A stretch of DNA of 61,691 nt from an uncultured Methanosarcinales archaeon (GCA_964587045.1 CAZPJY010000001.1:62001-123691), one strand, 5' to 3'. Positions 27,588 to 37,901 are shown, numbered from the stretch's first letter. A program made the numbers and translations. Notes: generated by a model from the letters alone, not told the origin.

Positions 27588-28127
27588 ATGAGAGATATGA
27601 ACTATGGCCCTAGGCCAGGTATGAGATCAGCCCCGGTTAATGTGGGCGAAGAGGTTGATGTGACCATCGAAGCCATCGGTGAGAAAGGCGATGGAATAGC
27701 GAAGAAGAACGGGTTCGTCATTTTCGTGCCCGGTGTAAAAGAAGGCGACAACGTTAGGGTCAAGGTGACCAAAGTCCTGCGAAGAGTAGGTTTCGCAGAA
27801 GTTGTCGGATCCTCCAGTGCCCCAGCAGCCGAAGCGGCAGCTGAAGCCGAGGAAGATGAGCCAGTTGAGGACTCTGAAGATTTCGGCGAAGAGCCGGAAG
27901 AAACCGAAGAGGAGCCTGCTGAGGAAGAGCCTGAGGGGGAGCCTGCTGAGGAAGAGCCTGAGGGGGAGCCTGCTGAGGAAGAGCCTGAGGAAAAACCCGC
28001 TAAGAAAGCTCCTGCTGAGGAGGAGCCTGAGGAGGAAGAGCCTGAGGAGGAACCTGCTGAGGAAGAGCCTGAAGAAGAGCCTGAAGAAGAACCTGAAGAA
28101 AAGCCAGCAGCGAAACCAAAGGCATAG
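27588..28127 (+). CDS. TRAM domain RNA-binding protein with Glu/Pro-rich tail
   Basis: APVNVGEEVDVTIEAIGEKGDGIAK..GFVIFVPG...GD.V.VKV...FAEV. Confidence 0.9.
   Translation: MRDMNYGPRPGMRSAPVNVGEEVDVTIEAIGEKGDGIAKKNGFVIFVPGVKEGDNVRVKVTKVLRRVGFAEVVGSSSAPAAEAAAEAEEDEPVEDSEDFGEEPEETEEEPAEEEPEGEPAEEEPEGEPAEEEPEEKPAKKAPAEEEPEEEEPEEEPAEEEPEEEPEEEPEEKPAAKPKA
27912..27990 (+). repeat. 27-nt tandem repeat (about 3 copies) encoding EPAEEEPEG
   Basis: GAGCCTGCTGAGGAAGAGCCTGAGGGG at 27912, 27939 and 27966 (last copy partial). Confidence 0.85.
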
Positions 28128-28160
28128 AATTTTTATACTTTTTTCTTATCTTTCTAACAT

Positions 28161-28679
28161 ATGCGACTTTTTGTGGCCATAGACATACCGAAAGAAGCTG
28201 AGGACGCTCTGAAAGCGGCTCAGGTGCGTTTGAAGAACATGGAAGGGCTCCGCGCATCCTTTCCCAGGCAGTTCCACCTGACACTTCATTTCATCGGAGA
28301 GGTCGCCGGCTCAGATGAGATACAGGAAAAACTGAGATCTGTGAGGTTCAAACAGTTCTCAGTCACGATTTCAGGATTAGGGACCTTTCCCTCGTGGAAG
28401 CGGCCCAGGGTGGTTTGGGTCGGGGTGTTGGACCAGCCAGCACTCCAAACCCTCTCTGACAGCGTCAAAGGCGTTTTATCCGCTAAGAGGGAGAGATTCT
28501 CACCCCACTTCACCCTTGCGAGGGTCAAAAGGATCGAAGATGCCCAGGATTTCCGCCAAAAGGCACAAGATATATCAATCAATCCAGTCACATTCAATGT
28601 TGGGAGCTTCCGGCTCTACAAGAGCACCCTGCTCCCGGAAGGACCGTCATATGAGCTCTTGGAGGCATACGATGCGTAG
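28161..28679 (+). CDS. thpR: RNA 2',3'-cyclic phosphodiesterase (2H phosphoesterase)
   Basis: MRLFVAI, two HxT motifs (HLTL, HFTL), PRVVWVG, LYKSTL...Y. Confidence 0.92.
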   Translation: MRLFVAIDIPKEAEDALKAAQVRLKNMEGLRASFPRQFHLTLHFIGEVAGSDEIQEKLRSVRFKQFSVTISGLGTFPSWKRPRVVWVGVLDQPALQTLSDSVKGVLSAKRERFSPHFTLARVKRIEDAQDFRQKAQDISINPVTFNVGSFRLYKSTLLPEGPSYELLEAYDA

Positions 28680-29142
28680 GGGAATTGCGCAAAGCTACAT
28701 CTTCCTCATAGTGCTGGGAGCAGTCATCACGCTCCTCCTGCTTTATTTTGGCTGGGGTGCCATCCAGGACATGAACGAGCGGGCAAGGCAGAACCAGCTA
28801 ATCCAGTTCTCGGTTGACATAAAGTACTCGGTCGATGCCGCATTCAGCCGGCTGGGTTCGGTCAAATATCAAACTTACTCAGTTCCTGACGGAGTGAGCC
28901 ATATCTGCTTTGCGAACATCTACATGAAAGACGAGCTTTATGGTAGGCAGGAGCTGGACCCTCTGGTCAGGAATGGCATAGAGGTGGACCACAACATGTT
29001 CCTCTTCGGCCAGGGATTCACGTACGGCTACAACATAGGCCCGCTGATTGTGCCTGATCCCTACTACCGGTGCTTTGAGATCCAGAACGGCAAGCTGGTC
29101 ATAGGGCTTGAGGGCGCTGGGAACTCGGCAGTCCTACGATAG
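28672..29142 (+). CDS. Class III signal peptide (pilin-like) protein
   Basis: Start re-called at ATG 28672 after GGAGG; MRRG/IAQSYIFLIVLGAVITLLLLYFG; VP...ICF, NMFL and C.....GKL...LEG.G shared with the C-terminal domain of 4304-8356. Confidence 0.8.
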   Translation: MRRGIAQSYIFLIVLGAVITLLLLYFGWGAIQDMNERARQNQLIQFSVDIKYSVDAAFSRLGSVKYQTYSVPDGVSHICFANIYMKDELYGRQELDPLVRNGIEVDHNMFLFGQGFTYGYNIGPLIVPDPYYRCFEIQNGKLVIGLEGAGNSAVLR

Positions 29143-29190
29143 CAAGGTTTAAAAAGTATCATTCCATATTTATCCTATCATATTCCTGAG

Positions 29191-31203
29191 GTGACTATTG
29201 TGGGGAAGAGAGGACAGATTCAGGGTCAGATTGTACTGATTCTCCTAAGTGCCATCGTCGTCATCGGCGTGCTGTACTTCGGTTGGAGCGGCATTCAGGA
29301 CATGAGGGAGAGGAAGCTGACGACCCAAGGGCTCGAATTTGAAGCCTCGCTACGCAGTTCGATTGCGGCCATATCATCAAATGTAGGCTCGATTAAGACT
29401 GAAGAGATAACTGTCCCCTCAAACATCGACCAGGTCTGCTTCTTCGACCTGACCAAGGTTGGATACTACGGCGAGAGCAGGTTCCTATCCAACTTCCCTG
29501 AAATACTGGTCGCATTGTCTTCAGGGAGCAATGAGAACGTGTTCATGATAAAGGATGATAAGGTGGTTGCAAGCTACGCCATTGAGGGTGCCATCTACGA
29601 CACCTTCCCTTACTACTACTGCTACGATGTCGAGCGCGACAAGATAAGCGTCTACCTGGAGGGGCGGGGTGGTACGGCTAAGATAGCAAGGACCATTGAG
29701 GCCTGCGAGGTCGTTGAAAACAACGCTGCGGAGGAGCAGACCTTCTCAAGCGGCGACGGAGGAATCGTTGTCAACATCCCTGCTGGTACTGGAACAAATA
29801 TTGGGAGGGAAGCAGTCTGCGTATCACCGACCTCCTCGAAGAATGTGAAACAGCCTGAAGGGCAGTTGACCTTATTAGACGAGGCCTACGAGCTCGAGCC
29901 CGAAGGGGCTACATTTGACCAAGATATAGAGGTTAGGCTCTACTACGGCCCGTACGTTGATGAGAGCCAACTTATTGTGGTCTACATGCACAATAATCTT
30001 GAACATACTTGCGTTCCGGCCGGACCTCCAGGGGGAGATGGCATATCTGAGCCTGACCTCTTCACCTGTTCGATGAATGCAGGGGAGAATTACATCAGCA
30101 TTTTCGTTGACAGCTTCTCTGAGGTTATCTTATCAAAGTCGAGGTCTGAGCTTCCTTGCGAGGATGAGGATGGGGATGGAGTCATCGACATAAGGGACCG
30201 CTGCCCCAAGACAGAGGTCTTTCCCAAGAAACATCTTGACGGATGCAGAAGCGACCCGGCACCTGGCGTTTCGGATGACGGCTGCTCATGCGACGATTTG
30301 GATGCAGACGACCAGAATCCCTGCACCGACGACTTCTGCGACGGCGGCGAGATCACGCACGTATACAACAATATAGAGCTTGACTCTATGAGGGTATGCC
30401 CTCCGGAGACCTGCGTGGGGGACAGCCTCTTATGGTATGTGGGTGGAGGCAAGGACTACTGCGAAGACGGGAGGTTCCGACATGTTGAATGCATTCCAAT
30501 CTATAACTACTCTGCTTCCTGCGACATGGATGATGATGACGATTGCTATCCCGATGCTGTCGAGGTTGAGATGAACACCAGTCCAAACAACGCTTCGAGT
30601 TTTCCTTCCGGCATAGACAGGGATTGCGTCGCCGATTTCAATGATCTGGACAATGACAATGACAACTACACGGACGAGAATGAGAACATCGCTGGCTCGA
30701 GACCTGATGACGCCCTGTCAAGACCAGCAGATTTCGACAAGGACTATATACCTGATGCAGTCGATGATGATGATGACAACGATGGATGGCTGGACACTAA
30801 CGAATCTCCTGCAGATGGAAAATGTGCTAGGCTCGAACAGTGCAAACCTGGGCTCGAGTGCGTAACTGACCCGGAGCAGAAGGAATTTAGATGCTGTCCC
30901 CCTGCGGAATGCTGGTCAGGCGGCGCGTGCGTCCAAGCAGGTACTAAGATAGGAACGAAGATGTGTGGCCGTTATGGTAACTGGGAGGAAAAGACCTGTG
31001 AGGAAACAGATAATGGAATGGACCAGTATTCATCAGGTCAGGTATTTGCTGGCAAGACATATGAGGATAGGTGCCTGGACGATTATACCTTGCTGGAATA
31101 TTACTGCCTGAATGGGTGGTGGGAGGATGATGAGATTCACTGCGCAAGAGGCTGCATCAGAGGAGCATGTGTCCCACCGCCGCCAGTTTCAGCTGCTAAT
31201 TAA
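29191..31203 (+). CDS. Pilin-like protein with C-terminal Cys-rich and TSP3-like repeats
   Basis: GKRG/QIQGQIVLILL; same pilin domain as the previous gene; YELEPEGATF beta domain; DxDxD repeats; NPCTDDFC; CEETDNG...LLEYYC...C..GC..GAC. Confidence 0.8.
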   Translation: MTIVGKRGQIQGQIVLILLSAIVVIGVLYFGWSGIQDMRERKLTTQGLEFEASLRSSIAAISSNVGSIKTEEITVPSNIDQVCFFDLTKVGYYGESRFLSNFPEILVALSSGSNENVFMIKDDKVVASYAIEGAIYDTFPYYYCYDVERDKISVYLEGRGGTAKIARTIEACEVVENNAAEEQTFSSGDGGIVVNIPAGTGTNIGREAVCVSPTSSKNVKQPEGQLTLLDEAYELEPEGATFDQDIEVRLYYGPYVDESQLIVVYMHNNLEHTCVPAGPPGGDGISEPDLFTCSMNAGENYISIFVDSFSEVILSKSRSELPCEDEDGDGVIDIRDRCPKTEVFPKKHLDGCRSDPAPGVSDDGCSCDDLDADDQNPCTDDFCDGGEITHVYNNIELDSMRVCPPETCVGDSLLWYVGGGKDYCEDGRFRHVECIPIYNYSASCDMDDDDDCYPDAVEVEMNTSPNNASSFPSGIDRDCVADFNDLDNDNDNYTDENENIAGSRPDDALSRPADFDKDYIPDAVDDDDDNDGWLDTNESPADGKCARLEQCKPGLECVTDPEQKEFRCCPPAECWSGGACVQAGTKIGTKMCGRYGNWEEKTCEETDNGMDQYSSGQVFAGKTYEDRCLDDYTLLEYYCLNGWWEDDEIHCARGCIRGACVPPPPVSAAN

Positions 31204-31509
31204 ATCAGGATGAAACGCCAACTACTACCCTCACGAGCCGGATGAGATCTTCAGCTGCATGGGCTACCAACTGTACAACACTGTAGGTGTTGTCATACAT
31301 TTACGCGTGCGACGAGAAATGCCATATTGTGCGTACCATCAAACTATGAATTCCTTTTTTTCAAATAATTATTTTCAATATTGAAAATAAATAAGCTTAT
31401 AAACACATATCCATTCCCGTGATGCATAACCAAAGCCGTGGATAGACGGCGCATGCCTGAGGTAATAAAAAAAGGCATTTCTGCTGATACCTCAAGCGAG
31501 GTGACCAAA

Positions 31510-32109
31510 ATGACTACAGAAGACCTACTAGTCCCAAGCGACCAGTATCTTAAGGCTGGCATCCACATAGGGACAAAGTTCAAGACCAAGTACATGGAGC
31601 AGTTCATCTATAAGACCAGGCCGGACGGGCTTTCTGTGCTGAACATCCAAAAGATTGATGAGCGCATAAGACTGCTGGTCAACTTCCTTGCACAGTACGA
31701 ACCCAAGGACATACTGATTGCGAGCAGGCGTGAGAACGGTTGGAAGGCTGCCAAGAAGTTTGGAGAAGTAACTGGAGCCCAGGTGTTTGCAGGAAGATAC
31801 CCTCCGGGAATTCTGACCAACCCCAACCTAAAAAACTATGTCGAGGCAAAGATAGTATTCGTGACTGACTCCTGGCCTGACCGCAACGTCGTATCGGACG
31901 CTTTGAAGATAGGAATACCCGTCGTCGCATTGTGCGACACCAACAACCAAAGCAACTACATCGATCTCGTTGTGCCTTGCAACAACAAGGGAAAGAAATC
32001 ACTGGGCCTGCTGTTCTGGATTGTCGCGCGAGAATACCTGCTAAAGCGCGGGATCATCAAGAAGCCGGAGGAGTTCAAGCCAACAGCTGAGGACTTCACA
32101 GAAGAGTGA
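31510..32109 (+). CDS. rps2: 30S ribosomal protein S2 (uS2), archaeal type
   Basis: YLKAGIHIGT, RPDGL, GRYPPGILTNP, ALCDTNN, PCNNKGKKSL; GAGGTGA RBS before ATG 31510. Confidence 0.97.
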   Translation: MTTEDLLVPSDQYLKAGIHIGTKFKTKYMEQFIYKTRPDGLSVLNIQKIDERIRLLVNFLAQYEPKDILIASRRENGWKAAKKFGEVTGAQVFAGRYPPGILTNPNLKNYVEAKIVFVTDSWPDRNVVSDALKIGIPVVALCDTNNQSNYIDLVVPCNNKGKKSLGLLFWIVAREYLLKRGIIKKPEEFKPTAEDFTEE

Positions 32110-32225
32110 TTATGCTTTTTTTCTTTTCAAATACTAGACAAATACAGAAAAATATATATAGGACCACCATCCTTGAATTAGGTTTGCAGCGAGGTGTGTC
32201 GCAACGACTTTAGTTTCTAGGAGGC

Positions 32226-32342
32226 ATGGTGGGTATGGAAGAGTATGATGACTTTATGGAAGAGTTTGAAAACTATTACAAGACCGACGACAAAGGCGAT
32301 GACCGATTGGTTGATTACATAAACGAGGACGAAGACATTTGA
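32226..32342 (+). CDS. 38-aa acidic peptide (not in the ORF track)
   Basis: GGAGG RBS; MVGMEEYDDFMEEFENYYKTDDKGDDRLVDYINEDEDI; TTGA overlap with the next ORF. Confidence 0.45.
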   Translation: MVGMEEYDDFMEEFENYYKTDDKGDDRLVDYINEDEDI

Positions 32343-32623
32343 GCAGTGGTTTCCTTTCTGATGTTTCTGAAGTGAACGTGTTCTGGCTTTCTGGGGGTGG
32401 AACCCTTCGGAATCTGACTGACCTTCTTTCTGCAATGAAAACCATGCCAATTGAGGCATTTTCCCACCACACCGGTTCGGGCAAGAACGACTTTGCTGCG
32501 TGGGTCTACGATGTCGTCGGTGACAAGAAGCTCGCACAGGCCCTGAAGAAACTTAAGACCCAGAAGGGCATGGCAAAGAAGGTTGAATCGAGGATAGCTG
32601 AGCTATCCAAAAATAATAAATAG
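32339..32623 (+). CDS. DUF5752-like protein
   Basis: FWL..G..LRNL..L...FSHH....KNDFAAWV.DV.GD..LA..L. Confidence 0.7.
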   Translation: MSSGFLSDVSEVNVFWLSGGGTLRNLTDLLSAMKTMPIEAFSHHTGSGKNDFAAWVYDVVGDKKLAQALKKLKTQKGMAKKVESRIAELSKNNK

Positions 32624-32644
32624 TAAACCGACTACTTCTGGAGT

Positions 32645-32995
32645 ATGGCATACGGCCCTGAGGCTAACGACTTAGAAGAGCTGGCTGAGAGGATTGTCGA
32701 AAAGAGGTGGACTCAGCTGGACGAGATCATAAAGGGAGTCATTGAATGGCAGGTTCAGGCTGGCGCGAGGCTTGACCTAGTCAGCGACGACCTCAATAAG
32801 ATAAGCAAGGGCTTCAACCAATTCTCCGAGGACATCGAGAACCGGATAGAGAAATCGGAGAGGGCTTTCTCAGTGCTTTCAGTCAACCTAATCGCCATGG
32901 GCTCTGTTCTTACTAATATCGTCCCGGAGATAGAGCGCAACGTCGCTTTCCTCAAGAGGCGCGCTCCAGCCCTTTCGCCTCAATCGAAAAAATAA
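32645..32995 (+). CDS. Coiled-coil hypothetical protein
   Basis: LEELAERIVEKRW N-terminus, heptad pattern. Confidence 0.6.
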   Translation: MAYGPEANDLEELAERIVEKRWTQLDEIIKGVIEWQVQAGARLDLVSDDLNKISKGFNQFSEDIENRIEKSERAFSVLSVNLIAMGSVLTNIVPEIERNVAFLKRRAPALSPQSKK

Positions 32996-33638
32996 TCTCT
33001 TTGCCTGCCGGCAAGGCACGGTGCTTTTGCAGTATAGCCTTCCTCTTGTTCCCCTTCAGGTTCTGAAGCTCAATCAGGCACTTGCTGCCGTAACGCAGGA
33101 TGTCTCCACCCACCATCCTGACACCATCCTTTTCCTCGAAGTTGGCATAGACCTGGTTGGTGACCACCACAGGGATGTGCTTAGTGCGCGCTATCTCGGA
33201 CAGGAAAGAAAGCTGCAGGCCCAGTTCTTTGTTGATGGCCGGTACGTCCTCCTGCTTCTGGCCACGCTCCAGTCGGTACAGCATCGAGATAGAGTCGACG
33301 ACTATCAGACCAACACTTTCCTTCACCGCGGTGCGGAGCTTGTCGAAGGCGGCCTTCTGCTCGTCGAAGGTCACTGGCTTGAAGAAATAAAAGCTCTTCA
33401 GCGCTGAGCTGTAATCTTCGGTCAGCTGGGATAACCTTGCGACAGAGAAATTGCCTTCAGTGTCAATGAATACCACCCTTTTGCCCTCCTTAATCGCTGA
33501 GAGGGCGCAGACCAGGCAGAAATTGGTCTTCCCGCTGCCGGCCGGACCGTATACAGTCGTGATGGTGTCGCAATCGACCCCTCCCTCGAGCAACTCGTCG
33601 AAAACCTCGCTTCCCGTGCTGCTCCTGAGCTTTTTCAT
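32952..33638 (-). CDS. radB: DNA repair and recombination protein RadB
   Basis: GPAGSGKTN, FIDTEG, VVDSI, TNQVY, GGDIL.Y.SK and KHR motif; no N-terminal HhH. Confidence 0.93.
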   Translation of the reverse strand: MKKLRSSTGSEVFDELLEGGVDCDTITTVYGPAGSGKTNFCLVCALSAIKEGKRVVFIDTEGNFSVARLSQLTEDYSSALKSFYFFKPVTFDEQKAAFDKLRTAVKESVGLIVVDSISMLYRLERGQKQEDVPAINKELGLQLSFLSEIARTKHIPVVVTNQVYANFEEKDGVRMVGGDILRYGSKCLIELQNLKGNKRKAILQKHRALPAGKEIIFSIEAKGLERAS

Positions 33639-33711
33639 AAGCAACTCGGGAAGGTGGTAAATTTAAATACTTTGCGAAGGGTATAAAAATATAGCCTGGC
33701 TCTGCTGGTCC

Positions 33712-35226
33712 ATGAAGCTAAAACCGCACATGATGATTCTCATAGCCTTCTTCTTGATATCCATAGGCGCACGCCTGTACTTCACATTCCAGACTTCTGA
33801 CATCGACCAGTTCTCGACGGACAATTCATATTTCGTGATAAGGCAGGTCCAATACATCGTGGAAGGGAAAGGTGTCCTTTTTGAGGACCCCCTGAGCTTC
33901 AACGGGAGGATGTACATCTTCTCCCCGTTTTTTCACTACCTGCTGGCAGGCTTCTCTTTGTTCATGCCCGTAGTGCTAGCAGCGAAGATCATACCCAACA
34001 TCTTGGCATCCACCCTTGTATTCGTGACATACCTGCTGGCCTTCGAAATAACCAAGAACAGGAAGGTCTCGCTGTTCACATCGTTCTTCGCAGCCTTCAT
34101 ACCTATCTACTTCGCCGGGACTTTCAACTCAGTTTCCCTTTACTCGCTTGCGATTCCCCTGATCCTCCTGTGCTTCTACCTCTTCTTGGTCTTCGGCCGA
34201 AAAGACGAAGCGCTGGTGCCACTGATAATCTGCCTTGCCGTGCTCATAGCAACCACTCCCTCTGTGGTCCTCTTTCTCGCCGGGTTGGTCTTCTATTACC
34301 TCCTAACCAAGGTCGACAGGTTGCAGACCCGTCATGCCGAGGTCGAGTTCATCCTCTTCTCCCTGCTGCTCTTCCTGTGGTTTGAGCTTCTGATATTCAA
34401 GAATGCCTTCCTGCTGTATGGCACGGCCGTTATCTGGCAAAACTCACCCGTGACCTACCTTGCGACTCGGTTCAGCCAGTTTCAGATCCTCGATGCAGTA
34501 ATCGGGATAGGGGTGGTGCCGTTCCTCTTCGGTATGTACCTCATTGTCGCATACACATTCAGGATAAAGAAGCGGGCCGCCTACCTCCTCTCTGCCATGG
34601 CCCTGACCACGATGGGACTGCTTTGGCTGAGGATGATTCCATCCCTGTTCGGGCTCATGTTCCTCGGGGCTGTGATGGTTGTCCTCTTCTCAATGTGGTT
34701 AAAGGATGCCCTGTTGTACTTCAGGAAGACCAAATTTGCCAAGCTTGAGTCCATGCTCCTCGCACTTATCATCATACTATTCTTCTTCTCGTCGGTCGTG
34801 CCTTCCATCTACTTGGCCAACAAGGAGCTTGCAAATGTGCCCTCCTCGAACGTCGTTGAGTCCCTCAAGTGGATGGGGAGCCACACCGAAGGCGACCGCG
34901 CCATATTCGCTACCCCCTACTACGGCTATATGATCAACTATTTCACCCAGCGAAAAGATGTCGCCGACTCGAATTTCCTGCTGCTCTCAAACGTGGACCA
35001 GACCCTAAACGACATCGAACGGGTCTACACATCGTTCTACAAGACAGACGCGATCCCCCTCCTCAACAAGTACGATGCTGAATACCTCCTGATAACTCCG
35101 AGGATACTCAGGAGCTACAACATAACGAGACCCGCATACCTGGCCGATTCGGACTGCTTCCCCAACATCTACAACGAGTCAGGGGTGGAGATATACCGCG
35201 TTGCCTGCGTGATGGAGGCTGTATGA
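33712..35226 (+). CDS. GT-C fold (STT3/PMT-like) membrane glycosyltransferase-like protein
   Basis: DNSYF after TM1, YIFSPFFH, more than 10 TM helices, SL.WM...YGYMI C-terminal soluble domain. Confidence 0.65.
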   Translation: MKLKPHMMILIAFFLISIGARLYFTFQTSDIDQFSTDNSYFVIRQVQYIVEGKGVLFEDPLSFNGRMYIFSPFFHYLLAGFSLFMPVVLAAKIIPNILASTLVFVTYLLAFEITKNRKVSLFTSFFAAFIPIYFAGTFNSVSLYSLAIPLILLCFYLFLVFGRKDEALVPLIICLAVLIATTPSVVLFLAGLVFYYLLTKVDRLQTRHAEVEFILFSLLLFLWFELLIFKNAFLLYGTAVIWQNSPVTYLATRFSQFQILDAVIGIGVVPFLFGMYLIVAYTFRIKKRAAYLLSAMALTTMGLLWLRMIPSLFGLMFLGAVMVVLFSMWLKDALLYFRKTKFAKLESMLLALIIILFFFSSVVPSIYLANKELANVPSSNVVESLKWMGSHTEGDRAIFATPYYGYMINYFTQRKDVADSNFLLLSNVDQTLNDIERVYTSFYKTDAIPLLNKYDAEYLLITPRILRSYNITRPAYLADSDCFPNIYNESGVEIYRVACVMEAV

Positions 35227-36602
35227 TGGCTGGATCCATTTTCCGCATGTCAGAGAGGAAGCTTTTGGTACTGACCATGCTCCTGGCCGTGCTCGTGCTC
35301 TTCACCCCTTCAATCCTCAGGAATGCCATGGGAAACCACGCTCTTATGGGAGAGGAGCCCTACTACGATCTCAGGATAGCGAAGGAAGGGACCTACTGGG
35401 ACTCTATGATAGAGGGAGGCAGGCTAAGGAACCTGAACCCCTTCCACCTGCTCGCCTCGAAGGTGAATGCGTCACCCACTATACCTCCCCTGTTAGGCCT
35501 GCTGTCGTTCCTGATATTCTTCCTTATCATCCGCAAGATGGGCGCTTCCACTTCTGAAACACTTGTCACAAGCCTCATACTGATACTTGGGCCGGCTTTC
35601 ATATCAGTGTTCTCTTTTTACTCATCGGCATCGTTCCTTGCATTTATGATGCTCGTAGGCCTGTTTCTGTTTTCGGCAGACGCATGGCCGCTGAGGCTGC
35701 TCTCCCTGCCGTTCATCAGCATATGCGCGCAGTTCGGGATTGTCGAGGCCGTCGGGACTGCAGCGATGGTGTTCAGCCTCGCCCACATCTTGGGCAAGAA
35801 GGACAGGATATTCATCGCTGCTGAGGCGGTCGTGGGCGTGTCGCTCGTGGTGGTGGCCCTTGCTCAGGGCATTCACATCCAGATATCTGAGCCGATGCTT
35901 TCCATAGCAGAGTTCGGCGGAATCCACGGCTATGGAATCTTCACAGTGCTTCTTGGACTTTTTGGCATCAAGATGCTTTGGTCGAAGAAGAACCTGCCAG
36001 TAATGATAACCCTCTCACTGCTCGGAATCGCATCCCTGTTCTTCCACAGCTTGATAGCTTTCGTGGCGTTCCCGCTCTCATTCGCCGCAGGCTTCGCTCT
36101 CATGCAACTGATGGGCGTGAAATGGGACATCGACTTCCTCAAGGTCGCCACGGTATTCGTTATGATATGCGGACTGCTGTTTTCGAGCGTCGCGTACCTC
36201 AACAGGCTTGTTGAGCTCCCCCCTGATGATGCTATAATCGACAGCCTTGAATGGCTGCAGGCGAACTCGCCTGATGATTCGGTGGTTCTGAGCCATCCTT
36301 CCAACGGCTTCTGGATACAGCTTGTGGCAGACAGGGTGACCGTCGCAGACGGCATATCCCCCAGATACAGCATTATAAACCCGATTTTCCAGTCCCGGAA
36401 CCTGAAGAACACCAAAGAGATGCTCGACGAGCATGATATCAGCTACATATGGATCGATCCCATAATGAAGGAGGGAGAGGTCTGGAAGACTGACGGGGAG
36501 GGCCTGCTCTTCCTGTTCACCAACAACGAGACCTTCAGCCGAGTGTATTTCGAGAACGGCATCGAGATCTGGGAATACCAGCCTTCTGTGGAAAAAGTTT
36601 AA
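35223..36602 (+). CDS. GT-C fold membrane glycosyltransferase-like protein, paralog of the previous gene
   Basis: EEPYYDLR, PFH, many TM helices, SLEWL...VLSHPSNGFWI...ISYIWI. Confidence 0.65.
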   Translation: MMAGSIFRMSERKLLVLTMLLAVLVLFTPSILRNAMGNHALMGEEPYYDLRIAKEGTYWDSMIEGGRLRNLNPFHLLASKVNASPTIPPLLGLLSFLIFFLIIRKMGASTSETLVTSLILILGPAFISVFSFYSSASFLAFMMLVGLFLFSADAWPLRLLSLPFISICAQFGIVEAVGTAAMVFSLAHILGKKDRIFIAAEAVVGVSLVVVALAQGIHIQISEPMLSIAEFGGIHGYGIFTVLLGLFGIKMLWSKKNLPVMITLSLLGIASLFFHSLIAFVAFPLSFAAGFALMQLMGVKWDIDFLKVATVFVMICGLLFSSVAYLNRLVELPPDDAIIDSLEWLQANSPDDSVVLSHPSNGFWIQLVADRVTVADGISPRYSIINPIFQSRNLKNTKEMLDEHDISYIWIDPIMKEGEVWKTDGEGLLFLFTNNETFSRVYFENGIEIWEYQPSVEKV

Positions 36603-36628
36603 AAATCCTGATAGGATAACAGGTCCTG

Positions 36629-37897
36629 ATGGATGCAGTCGACATAGCCGTATGGGTAATATACCTCCTATCCCTGTACTTCACGGTCTTTTGGATCATG
36701 GTATTCATCGACAAGAGGAACCTGCTGAAGGAAGAGGACGCAAATAAAAAACGGCCGCGGAGATACCCCCAGGTCTCAGTAGTGATACCTGCCTACAACG
36801 AAGAGAAGACCATCGCGGAAACGATGGAGTCGGTGCTCGGACTCAACTACCCAAGCAGCAGGCTGCAGCTCATAGTTGTCAACGACGGATCCAAGGACGG
36901 CACCCTCAAGGAGATAAAGAAGGTAATCAAAGCCCATCCCGGGAGGGATATACTTTGCCTAGACCAGAAAAATCAGGGCAAGGCCAAGTCTTTGAACGAC
37001 GCGCTGGCCATTCTCAAAGGAGAATACTTTGCATGCCTTGACGCCGACTCATTCGTCGACAAAGAGACCCTCAAGAAGATGGTCTTCATGTTCCAAAAAG
37101 GTGACCCGAAACTTGCGATTGTGACACCAGCCATGAGGATCAAGGAGCCAAACAACCTGATACAGAAGTTCCAACGCGTGGAGTACATCGTCGCGATGTT
37201 CATCCACCGCCTAATGGGCCATCTGGACTCGATCTACGTGGCTCCGGGGCCGTTCTCACTATACAAGACTGAGGTCATACGCAAGCTGGGAGGTTTCGAG
37301 GTGGGAAACCTCGTGGAGGACCAGGAGATAGCATATAGGGTCCAAAAGCACCATTACAGGCTGCGGCAATGCCCGGACGGCTACGTGTTCACGATCGGGC
37401 CTGACAACATGAAAGGTTTCTACAAGCAGAGGAACAGATGGTTCAAGGGCAGCATCCTGAACATATTCAAGTACAAGAACATAATAATGAACAAGAAGTA
37501 CGGCGACTTCGGAGTGGTCATGATGCCCCTCAACATGGCGTCATTCTTCCTCAGTATCGGGGCAGTGTTCTTCTTTTTCTACTTCACTTTCTACCCCCTA
37601 CTGCAGGAGTTCCACCGGTTCTCCCTCATAGGCTTCGACATCATGCCATACCTCGCTGACTTCACGTTCAAGTACAACTTCCTGGATATCGCCCTGGGGA
37701 GAGTCTTCGTGGCCTACATCCTACTGCTCATCGCAGTCATAGTCTTCGTGCTTGCCCATCGGAACGCTGATGAGCAGTTCGGGAAGTACGGCTGGATGTA
37801 CCTCATCCCATACTTTTTTATATACTACATCTTTTTGGCATTCATCTCGATAGTCGTCCTGGTAGAGCTCGTTGTGGGCAAAAGGCAGAAGTGGTGA
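36629..37897 (+). CDS. Processive GT2 glycosyltransferase (PgaC/IcaA/cellulose synthase-like)
   Basis: VVIPAYNEE, VNDGSKD, GKAKSLN, DAD, ED and QRNRW (D,D,D,QxxRW); flanking TM helices. Confidence 0.9.
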   Translation: MDAVDIAVWVIYLLSLYFTVFWIMVFIDKRNLLKEEDANKKRPRRYPQVSVVIPAYNEEKTIAETMESVLGLNYPSSRLQLIVVNDGSKDGTLKEIKKVIKAHPGRDILCLDQKNQGKAKSLNDALAILKGEYFACLDADSFVDKETLKKMVFMFQKGDPKLAIVTPAMRIKEPNNLIQKFQRVEYIVAMFIHRLMGHLDSIYVAPGPFSLYKTEVIRKLGGFEVGNLVEDQEIAYRVQKHHYRLRQCPDGYVFTIGPDNMKGFYKQRNRWFKGSILNIFKYKNIIMNKKYGDFGVVMMPLNMASFFLSIGAVFFFFYFTFYPLLQEFHRFSLIGFDIMPYLADFTFKYNFLDIALGRVFVAYILLLIAVIVFVLAHRNADEQFGKYGWMYLIPYFFIYYIFLAFISIVVLVELVVGKRQKW

Positions 37898-37901
37898 GGG
37901 A

